From assembly GCA_035536275.1 (NCBI GenBank), contig DATLOL010000196.1:1196-65195 (forward strand): 64,000 nt of DNA. The letters are read 5' to 3'. The notes under the pieces are model-generated. The model was not told the origin of the DNA, searched no databases, and worked only from the letters and a program-made list of their open reading frames with translations. Below are positions 19,491-27,482 of the stretch, one piece after another; the first letter of the stretch is position 1, and each line of letters begins with the position of its first letter. Origin of the DNA: Thermoanaerobaculia bacterium (GTDB taxonomy: Bacteria > Acidobacteriota > Thermoanaerobaculia > Gp7-AA8). The position numbers and the translations under genes are program-made.

Positions 19491-22400
19491 GCAAAGACAT
19501 CGTTCCTTCCGGACTGGTCGTGTTGCGCACGCCGCTCCTCCCGATGGAGGAGATCGACGCCTGGCGTGCGGGACTGCAGGTGCCGCACGCGGCGGAGGAC
19601 GCCCTCGACGAAGCGCTCGCGCACGATCGCGCGCTCCTGCGCGAGCGTCTGCGGAAAATCGTGGCCCGGCCGGAGATTGCGGAGGCGCTCTTCCTCGGGT
19701 CCCCCGATCTCTTCGAAACCCTCGAGCAATGGAGGCGCGATCCCGAATCGAAGAAGGGAAAGAAGACGGAGCAGGCCCTGGTCCGCTATTTCCTGCGCAT
19801 GGCGTCGCGTCCGACGCCGTTCGGTCTCTTCTCCGGCTGTACGGCGGGACGGACCGGAGATCGCACGCGGCTCGTGCTCGGAGAGCGCAGTGCGTATCGC
19901 CGGTACAGCCGGCTGGACATGGATTACCTGTTCGCGTTGTGCGAGCACCTATCGCGCGATCCGGAGATTCGCGCGGAACTGCGCTTCCGGCCGAACTCGA
20001 GCCTGTACGAGACCGCGGGACGCCTGCGATTCGCGGAATCGCGCGTGCAGGGACGCATGCGGACGGTTCACCTCGTTGCCATCGACGCATTCGATGCGCT
20101 GCGGGACACGCTTCGCCGCGCGGCGGGTGGTGCGCGTCTGCACGATCTGGCAACGGCACTCGTCGAGAGCGATCCGGATGGCGAGATCACGCCTGAAGAC
20201 GCCGAGGCTTTTCTTCAGGAGCTCGTGGACAGCCAGCTTCTGGTGCCCGAGCTCGCACTGCCGGTGACGGGCGAAGAGAGCACGGCCGGCCTGGTCGAGC
20301 AACTCGATGTCCGGCAACTCGACTCGGTGCGCCTCGCGAGCGATGCCCGCACACGCCTGGCAGAGACCAACCGCGCGTTGCGCGACATCGATGCGGCGGG
20401 ACTCGGCTCGCCGCCGGACGTCTATCGCCGGCTGGCATCGGAGCTCGAGCCCCTGGGGGTACCGGTGTCGCTCTCGCGACTGTTTCAGGTGGATCTGACG
20501 AAGCCGCCGCAGGAGGTCGTGATCGGCGCGAGCGTCATCGATGAAGTGGTGCGCGGCCTCGAGGTCCTGCAGCGCTTCTCGCGCACGCAGGCGGAGCGGT
20601 CGCTGGAAGAATTCCGCGCTGCTTTCGTGGACCGGTATGGTGCGGATCGCGAAGTGCCGCTCGTCGACGTCCTCGATGAGGAGAGCGGCATCGGCTTCGA
20701 GCGCGCGAACAGAGCCGGAGCGGAGGCCTCGCCCCTTCTGTCGGCTCTGCCGCTGCAGCGACGCGGCGAATCAGCGGGCTACATCTGGAAGAACGAGGAT
20801 GCCGCGCTGATGGATCTGGTGATGCGCGCGGCGGCGGAAGGGCGCACCGAGATCGAGATCGGCGACGGCGACCTCCCGTCGCTGGAGAAATCCACGCGTC
20901 CGCCGATGCCCGAGGCGTTTCACGCCATGGCCGTGCTCTGCGCGGAATCGGCGGAGGCGGTCGAGCGCGGCGAGTTCCGGGTGCTTCTCTATGGCGGACA
21001 GGGACCGTCCGGTGCGCGCATGCTCGGTCGTTTCTGCCACAGCGATCCCGCGATCGACGAAGGAGTGAGGAAGCACCTCGCCGACGAGGAAAGGCTTCAT
21101 CCGGACGCCGTCTTCGCGGAGATCGTGCACCTGCCGGCCGGACGGATCGGCAACGTCCTTGCGCGGCCTGTTCTGCGCGGGCATGAGATCGCGTTCCTCG
21201 GCCGCTCCGGCGCGCCGCCGGACCGGCAGATCGCGGTCCAGGATCTGATGGTCACGGTTTCGGGCGATCGGATCCGCCTCCGATCGCGGAGCCTCGATCG
21301 CGAGATCATTCCCAGGATCACTTCGGCGCACAACACGTCGTCGGAAAGCCTCGGCGTATACCGGTTTCTGGCGGCGCTCCAGCCTCCCGTGGGCATGCAA
21401 TGGGATTGGGGAGCCATGGACCTCGCGCCGTACCTGCCGCGCGTCGTGTACGGCCGGCTGGTGCTTGCCCGCGCCCGCTGGTGTGTTACGGCTGCCGAGA
21501 TCCGGCCGATCGCGGAGGCCGCGGGAGCGCAGCGTTACCGCCTCGCGAAACGTCTCCGCGAGACGCGGCGGATGCCCCGCTACGTGAGTCTTGCGGAAGG
21601 CGACAACGAGCTGTTCATCGATTTCGAGAACGCGCTCACGCTCGACTCGGTGATCGAGCTGGTGCACAGCCGCCGGGACGTGACGTTCACCGAGTTCTTT
21701 CCTTCCCCGGACGAGCTGTGCGCGGAAGGACCGGAAGGACGGTTCTTTCACGAGTTGGTCATCCCGTTCACGCGCCGCCCCGCGGAAACACCCGTGCCGC
21801 TCGAATCGCGAACGGCTCCCTCGCTCCTGGTCCGGCGCACGTTCCCGCCGGGATCGGAGTGGTTGTACGCGAAGCTCTACACCGGGACTGCGACGGCGGA
21901 CCGTGTGTTGTGCGAGGACGTTGCGCCGCTGGCGCGGGAGGCCGTGGCCAGCGGCGCCGCGCGACGCTGGTTCTTCATCCGCTACGCCGAGGGCGGGTGG
22001 CACCTGCGCATCCGCTTCCAGGGCGATCCGCGGGTGCTGCGCGAGCGCGTGCAGCCCGAGCTCGAGTCGATGGCCCAGCGTCTCATCGACACGGGTGCCG
22101 CGTGGAAGCTGCAGTTCGACACCTACGAGCGCGAAGTCGAGCGCTACGGCGGCGCCGAGGCGATCGAGCTCGCGGAAGAGATCTTCCACTGCGACAGCGA
22201 AGCCGTCGTGGAGCTGCTCTCGTCATGCACCGGCGACGCCGGCGCCGATCTCCGCTGGCGATTCATGCTCGCTGGCATCGACCGCCTCTACGCCGACTTC
22301 GGATTGGATCTCGCCGCCCGGCTCCGTCTCGCCGAGCGTTCGCGCGACGCGTTCGGGCGGCAGTTCCACTTCGACTCCCTGCGCGACGACCTCGCCAACC

Positions 22401-22690
22401 GCTTCCGCGGACAACGCGCCTCCCTGCTGCAACTCCTCGACGCGCCGATCCCCGCACTCGATCAGCGATCCGCCGCGATCGCGCCGGTGGCCCGCGAGCT
22501 CCTCACTCGTCGGCTGCACATTCCGATCGATGCGATCCTCCCCAGCCTCGCCCACATGTTCGTCAACCGCCTGGCCCGCTCCGCGGGACCGGAGCATGAG
22601 CTGGTCCTGTACGACTATGCCGTGCAGTTGTACCGGTCGTGTATCGCGCGGGAAGGGAAGAGGGAGGGCGGGAGGAGGGCGGTGGGGTGA
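19487..22690 (+). CDS. lanB: Class I lanthipeptide dehydratase LanB (glutamylation plus elimination domains)
   Basis: VLRTPLLP, YFLRMASRPTPFGLFSG, WLYAKLY, WFFIRY, HLRIRF, YEREVERYGG, HMFVNRL; ATGA overlap with the lanC stop. Confidence 0.95.
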   Translation: MSKDIVPSGLVVLRTPLLPMEEIDAWRAGLQVPHAAEDALDEALAHDRALLRERLRKIVARPEIAEALFLGSPDLFETLEQWRRDPESKKGKKTEQALVRYFLRMASRPTPFGLFSGCTAGRTGDRTRLVLGERSAYRRYSRLDMDYLFALCEHLSRDPEIRAELRFRPNSSLYETAGRLRFAESRVQGRMRTVHLVAIDAFDALRDTLRRAAGGARLHDLATALVESDPDGEITPEDAEAFLQELVDSQLLVPELALPVTGEESTAGLVEQLDVRQLDSVRLASDARTRLAETNRALRDIDAAGLGSPPDVYRRLASELEPLGVPVSLSRLFQVDLTKPPQEVVIGASVIDEVVRGLEVLQRFSRTQAERSLEEFRAAFVDRYGADREVPLVDVLDEESGIGFERANRAGAEASPLLSALPLQRRGESAGYIWKNEDAALMDLVMRAAAEGRTEIEIGDGDLPSLEKSTRPPMPEAFHAMAVLCAESAEAVERGEFRVLLYGGQGPSGARMLGRFCHSDPAIDEGVRKHLADEERLHPDAVFAEIVHLPAGRIGNVLARPVLRGHEIAFLGRSGAPPDRQIAVQDLMVTVSGDRIRLRSRSLDREIIPRITSAHNTSSESLGVYRFLAALQPPVGMQWDWGAMDLAPYLPRVVYGRLVLARARWCVTAAEIRPIAEAAGAQRYRLAKRLRETRRMPRYVSLAEGDNELFIDFENALTLDSVIELVHSRRDVTFTEFFPSPDELCAEGPEGRFFHELVIPFTRRPAETPVPLESRTAPSLLVRRTFPPGSEWLYAKLYTGTATADRVLCEDVAPLAREAVASGAARRWFFIRYAEGGWHLRIRFQGDPRVLRERVQPELESMAQRLIDTGAAWKLQFDTYEREVERYGGAEAIELAEEIFHCDSEAVVELLSSCTGDAGADLRWRFMLAGIDRLYADFGLDLAARLRLAERSRDAFGRQFHFDSLRDDLANRFRGQRASLLQLLDAPIPALDQRSAAIAPVARELLTRRLHIPIDAILPSLAHMFVNRLARSAGPEHELVLYDYAVQLYRSCIAREGKREGGRRAVG

Positions 22691-22702
22691 GCTGTTCGGG
22701 GA

Positions 22703-22728
22703 ATTGCGGATGCTCCATCAGCGGTACT
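22703..22728 (+). promoter_or_regulatory. Conserved 26-bp motif upstream of FG-GAP gene 2
   Basis: ATTGCGGATGCTCCATCAGCGGTACT, 25/26 identical to 12439..12464. Confidence 0.6.
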
Positions 22729-22735
22729 AGGAGCT

Positions 22736-24712
22736 ATGATCCGCCACCGCATCATCCCTCTGGTCGTAGTGTCTCTGCTCGCGTTGTCCGCCTTCGGCGC
22801 CACGCGCACATGGGACGGCACCGCCGGCACGTTGTGGAGTGACCCGGGCAATTGGGAGGGTGGCGTTGCTCCGTCGGCAGGTGATGCGCTGGTGTTTCCG
22901 CGCACGGCGGCGAATCTCACGAACACGAACGATTATCCGGTCGATACGGTCTTCCACTCCCTCACCCTCGGGCAGGACAACCAGAGCACGGCCGCCACGA
23001 TCAACATCAGCGGCAACCGCCTGCGCCTCACGAACGGCATTCTGTTCGGGTACTACACCTTCTTTCACATTTCTCTGCCGCAGATCGATCCGGTCGGGTC
23101 GCAGACCTGGGGGGCGGACGGCTATCTGACCGTTGCCGGCAATCCGACCTTGACGGTGGCGACGAACATCCCGGCCGGGACGACCGTGACTCTGTCGGAC
23201 GGCATTGCAGACGTCACCGTGGACGGTGCGGGCACGCTCGCGCACTCGATCAGGGGCCAGGCGACGGTGCACTTCGCGCCGGACTTCACCGGCACGGTCA
23301 CCACGAGCACCTTCTTTTCCGGCGTGATCATCAACAGCGAAAACGCAATCGGAGCAACGGTGCGTGCGAATGGCGGCGCGTGCGCGGCCAGCTGCAACTC
23401 CGGCATCCTGCTCGCGAATTCGGTCGTTGGGACGCTCGGATCGACGGGAGGATTCGTTCAGTTTTCGGATCCCACGCAGCTCTCCACCGCGGCAAATCTC
23501 GAGCTGACTGCCGGCGCGCTCTTCTTCGCCCGGATGACGGCAGCATCGCCGCCGCCGCTCACGGTCCTGGACAGCGTCTCCCTCGGCGGCGCGGCCCTGC
23601 ATTTCGTACCGGTCGGCCTGATTCCGTCCGGCCACACAAAAGTTCTCATCGACAACCAGAGCGCGAATCCTGTCTCGGGCATGTTCGCGGGCCTGCCCGA
23701 GGGAGCACGGGTCTCGCCGGGCGGATCGAATCTGCAGTTCGTCGTCTCGTACGTGGGCGGCGACGGCAACGACGTCACCTTGACTCCGATCAGCACCACG
23801 TCGAACGACTTCGACGGCGACGGGCTCTCGGACATCTTCTGGCGCCACTCCACGTCCGGACAGAACTATCTCTGGACCATGAACGGATTCGAGCCCCAGA
23901 CCATGGGCTTCGTCAACGACGTCACGGATCTCGATTGGAAGATCGAGGGCCTGGCCGATTTCAACGGCGACGGCAAGTGCGACGTGCTGTGGCGGCACGC
24001 GCTCACGGGCGAGTTGTACACGTACCTGATGGACGGCCGCACGATCGTGCAGGCCGGCTCGCCGGCCCTGGTCACGGACCTGAACTGGCAGATCGTGGGA
24101 CAGAGAGACTTCGACGCCGACGGGAAGGCGGACATCCTCTGGCGGCACGCGCTCACGGGGGACAACTATCTGTATCTGATGAACGGAATCAACATCCGTT
24201 CGGCGGGAAACATCCTCTCCGTCGAGGACACCGACTGGAAAGTCGAGGCATTGGGCGACTTCAATGGCGACAACCGCGCGGACATCGTGTGGCGCCACGC
24301 CGTGACCGGCGAGGTCTACTTCTGGTTCATGAGTGGTTTCGACCGGATCGCCTATGACTCGAAGTTCACCATGCCCGACGAGGACTGGAAAATCGTTGCG
24401 ATTTCGGACTTCACCGGCGAAGGGTACTCCGACATCCTCTGGCACAACGACGCGACCGGCGAGAGCTCGCTGTACAGGATGCACGGCCCGTATTTCGCGC
24501 AAGCCCGCCAGCTCGACACCGTGGCCGTCGAGTGGAAGATCGCCGGCACCGGCGACTACAACGGCGACGGAAAATCGGACATCCTCTGGCGCCACGCCAC
24601 GACGGGCGAGAACTATCTCTACATCATGGGCGACTTCTCCGCGACGACGATGTTCGCGGCGCAGGGAGCCATCCCGGAAGTGCCGGACACGGGGTGGGCG
24701 ATCGAGAGGTGA
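22736..24712 (+). CDS. Secreted FG-GAP/VCBS-repeat protein, copy 2 (paralog of 12474..14441)
   Basis: Same architecture; near-identical N-terminal ~80 aa and FG-GAP repeats; both end PDT.W.IER. Confidence 0.85.
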   Translation: MIRHRIIPLVVVSLLALSAFGATRTWDGTAGTLWSDPGNWEGGVAPSAGDALVFPRTAANLTNTNDYPVDTVFHSLTLGQDNQSTAATINISGNRLRLTNGILFGYYTFFHISLPQIDPVGSQTWGADGYLTVAGNPTLTVATNIPAGTTVTLSDGIADVTVDGAGTLAHSIRGQATVHFAPDFTGTVTTSTFFSGVIINSENAIGATVRANGGACAASCNSGILLANSVVGTLGSTGGFVQFSDPTQLSTAANLELTAGALFFARMTAASPPPLTVLDSVSLGGAALHFVPVGLIPSGHTKVLIDNQSANPVSGMFAGLPEGARVSPGGSNLQFVVSYVGGDGNDVTLTPISTTSNDFDGDGLSDIFWRHSTSGQNYLWTMNGFEPQTMGFVNDVTDLDWKIEGLADFNGDGKCDVLWRHALTGELYTYLMDGRTIVQAGSPALVTDLNWQIVGQRDFDADGKADILWRHALTGDNYLYLMNGINIRSAGNILSVEDTDWKVEALGDFNGDNRADIVWRHAVTGEVYFWFMSGFDRIAYDSKFTMPDEDWKIVAISDFTGEGYSDILWHNDATGESSLYRMHGPYFAQARQLDTVAVEWKIAGTGDYNGDGKSDILWRHATTGENYLYIMGDFSATTMFAAQGAIPEVPDTGWAIER

Positions 24713-24745
24713 AGGGTGGGGACGACCAACCGGATCTAGGGACGC

Positions 24746-25428
24746 GAGGGATGTGCGGAGACGTCAATCGTGGCCTCCGCGAGCACGTGAACGCCTGCGG
24801 TGCGATATCCGATTGATATGGGGTGATATCGATCGAGGGCTCGGCAGGCATGCGTAAGAGCGCACCGCACGTGCGATCGAGCTGAATGGCCGTCGATCGT
24901 GACCTCGCCGACCGCGCGCTTCATATGGGGTGATATCCATCGAGGCGTCGGCGACCGTCCGCCCGAGCGCGGCGACCGCTCAATTGATATGCGGTGATAT
25001 CAATCGAAGTCTCGACGGACGTGCAATTGATATGGGGTCATATCGATCGAGACCTCGGCGACCGCGTGAAAATGTCCGGTGCACGGGCCGATTGATATGG
25101 GGTGATATCGATCGAGGTCTCGGCGAGCGTGTGAACAGGTGCGGCGCGACACCGAATTGATATGGGGTCATATCAATCGAGGGCTCGACGACCGCCCGCA
25201 CGAGCTCTGCGACCCTGCAATTGATATGGGGTGATATCAATCGAGGCCTCGGCGGACCTGCAATTGATATGGGGTCATATCAATCAGGGCCTCGGCGACT
25301 ACGTGAAAATGTCCGGTCGACGGCGCGATCGATATGGAGTGATATCAATCGAAAGCCTCGGCCAGTGTGTGCACCAGCGCAGTGAACGTGCGATCGATGT
25401 AGGGCGATATCGATTCGAAGCCTCAGCG
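24746..25428 (+). repeat. 12-unit direct-repeat array of a ~35-bp palindromic motif with 43 or 64-65 bp periodicity
   Basis: Consensus CRATTGATAT-GGGGT(G/C)-ATATCRATCG-AGGCCTCGGCG; unit starts (TTGAT position) 24748, 24813, 24877, 24920, 24984, 25027, 25092, 25157, 25221, 25264, 25329, 25394. Confidence 0.93.
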
Positions 25429-25459
25429 GATATGTGTTGGGGAGGGCTGGGGTTGTGAT

Positions 25460-25536
25460 TGGTCGGGCAGGGGGGATTTGAACCCCCGACCACCTGAACC
25501 CCATTCAGGTACGCTACCAGGCTGCGCTACTGCCCG
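25460..25536 (-). tRNA. tRNA-Pro(GGG)
   Basis: Reverse complement CGGGCAGTAGCGCAGCCTGGTAGCGTACCTGAATGGGGTTCAGGTGGTCGGGGGTTCAAATCCCCCCTGCCCGACCA. Confidence 0.96.
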
Positions 25537-25601
25537 ACTCGGCGTGGATCGTACCACGCGCTCCGTCGTCAACGGTTTACCGGCGGTTGTATTCCGAACC
25601 T

Positions 25602-27464
25602 CTACCCGAAGCCCGCGGCCCAGAGGATGAGGTACTTCGTGATCTCGATGTTCCTTCGGGTGGGCACGATCGACATCTCCTCGATCGCACGCGCTTTGCC
25701 TGTCAGTTCTTCCCGGACGGCCTGCAGCTCACGGTCCCACGCCTTCTGCATCAGGGCGATGTTCTCGAGGTAGTCGGTCTCGCGCACGGACGACGATTCG
25801 GCGACGGCGGTCGGGCGTCCGCTGGTGATGTTGTACAGCGCCTGACCCCAGGCCACGTTCACTTCCTTCTTCTCTCCGCGCGTCAGGGTGTCGTCGTCAT
25901 CGATGACGCGCTGCTCGCGCTCCGAGCGCTCGCGGAGCTGATCGATGCGCCGCCGGAACGTCGACTCCAGCCGCTCCTGCTGGTCCTCGAGCTGGCGGTT
26001 CGCCGCTTCCATGCAGCGCTCCAGGAACTGCGCGCGCGTCTCCCACGGCTCCGAGTACAGGCCGTAGTTCGGGTTGTGGAAGATCTGCATGCGCGCGTTC
26101 TCTTCGAGGAACTGCTTGAAGCCGTCCTGCGACTGGGCGACGTTCTGCACGAGCGTTTCCGGCGAGACGCTGATGTCGACGTGGCGAGACGGCTCGGGCA
26201 CCGCGCGGATGTCGAGCTTCTCTGCGTCCACCAGCGACGCGTCCTGCCACAGCACGCGCGCGTCGTGCGGCGTGATCGGCGCGATGTACGACCGGCTCGT
26301 CTGATGATGCGTGCCGCTCCGAGACTCCACGTGCGTCACGATCCCCTCAGCCAGGATGTACGGGCGATAGTTGCCGCGGCCGCCGTAGACGTAGAGCTGC
26401 TCGAGCGTCTCCGCGTCGCGGCGTGACATCGGACGGGAGCGCGCGGACGGCGGCGTGTTCGCGTCGCGCTCGCGCTCGACGGTGAGACCATGCGCGACCG
26501 GCGCGGCATCGAGCACGCGTCCGGGCACCGTCGCCAGTGCGGCCGTGACGGCCTCGCGGCGGTCGGGCGGGAAGAGGAAGATGATGCAGCCGCCGCCACC
26601 GGCGCCGCACACTTTCCCGCCCCACGCGCCCGCGTTGCGGGCCGCGTCGACCGCGGCATCGATCTCCGGCGTGGAGATGCCCTCGATCAGCGCCTTGCGC
26701 GCTTCCCACTCCTTCTGGAGCGCGGCGCCCGCGGCCTCGAAGTTCCCGGCCTCCAACGCGCGCTCCATCTCGATCGAGATCTCCGCGATGCGCGAGAGTC
26801 CCTTGTCGACCTTCTTCTTCTTCTCGACCTGGCGTTTGTACAACTGCCAGTTGTTGGTGCCGGAAAAGTGCGCGATGCCGGTGTAGTGCAGCAGCATGTG
26901 CGCGCCGAGGTCCTGGATCGACGTCGCGAGCGCGTGGCGGGTAGGCTTACCGGGATTGAGATGCAGCGATCCCAGTCCGCCGAAGACGGGCGGATAGTAG
27001 TCCTGGATGCCGGCGGGGACGCCGAGGAGACGGGTCTCCAGATCGCGGACGAGGAAGATCAGGTCTTCGCCGTCGATCGGCTGCCCGGCGATCTCGGACA
27101 GCGCGCGAACGAGCGTGATCGAAAGCGCCGAGGAGCCGCCGAGTCCCGATCCGCGCGGCGCATCGGTGCGCGTCGTGATGCGGATCCCGCTCAGCTTGAA
27201 ATGCTCCACCGCGCGATGCAGCAGCGCCGCCTTCGGATCGTTCGACATCTCCTGCAGCGACTCGTACTGCTGCCGGTACTGCTGATCGGTGAGATGGATC
27301 TCGATCGGGCCGCTGGAGGTCTCGCAGACTTCCGACTCCGCGAAAAACGAGATGGCGACGTTGACGGTGCGCGAGCCCGGGTGGAAGAGGTAGAGAGGCC
27401 AGAGATCGAGAGTGCCTCCGGCGAGATCAGCGCGCACCGGCGCGCGCACGGTAACCTTGTTCAT
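25602..27464 (-). CDS. GHMP-family sugar kinase (HddA-like) fused to a ~275-aa coiled-coil C-terminal region
   Basis: APVRADLAGGTLD, PRGSGLGGSS, QDYY and GGKVCGAGGGG motifs; unrelated domain from about residue 346. Confidence 0.8.
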   Translation of the reverse strand: MNKVTVRAPVRADLAGGTLDLWPLYLFHPGSRTVNVAISFFAESEVCETSSGPIEIHLTDQQYRQQYESLQEMSNDPKAALLHRAVEHFKLSGIRITTRTDAPRGSGLGGSSALSITLVRALSEIAGQPIDGEDLIFLVRDLETRLLGVPAGIQDYYPPVFGGLGSLHLNPGKPTRHALATSIQDLGAHMLLHYTGIAHFSGTNNWQLYKRQVEKKKKVDKGLSRIAEISIEMERALEAGNFEAAGAALQKEWEARKALIEGISTPEIDAAVDAARNAGAWGGKVCGAGGGGCIIFLFPPDRREAVTAALATVPGRVLDAAPVAHGLTVERERDANTPPSARSRPMSRRDAETLEQLYVYGGRGNYRPYILAEGIVTHVESRSGTHHQTSRSYIAPITPHDARVLWQDASLVDAEKLDIRAVPEPSRHVDISVSPETLVQNVAQSQDGFKQFLEENARMQIFHNPNYGLYSEPWETRAQFLERCMEAANRQLEDQQERLESTFRRRIDQLRERSEREQRVIDDDDTLTRGEKKEVNVAWGQALYNITSGRPTAVAESSSVRETDYLENIALMQKAWDRELQAVREELTGKARAIEEMSIVPTRRNIEITKYLILWAAGFG

Positions 27465-27482
27465 AGGGTGAGCGCGATTCTG

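Noticed and set aside
24811-24835. FNR/CRP box in the repeat
   Set aside because: FNR is TTGAT-N4-ATCAA, whereas the spacing here is N10.
24746-25428. CRISPR array (the 64-65 bp period is CRISPR-like)
   Set aside because: Repeats are degenerate throughout, linkers are homologous to each other, three units have almost no spacer, and there is no cas gene in the window. A decayed orphan array cannot be fully excluded.
24930-25504. Short ORFs across the repeat array
   Set aside because: Their repetitive translations (LIWGDIDR, ISPHIN) just mirror the DNA repeat, with no RBS or coding signal. A repeat micro-protein is unlikely but untested.
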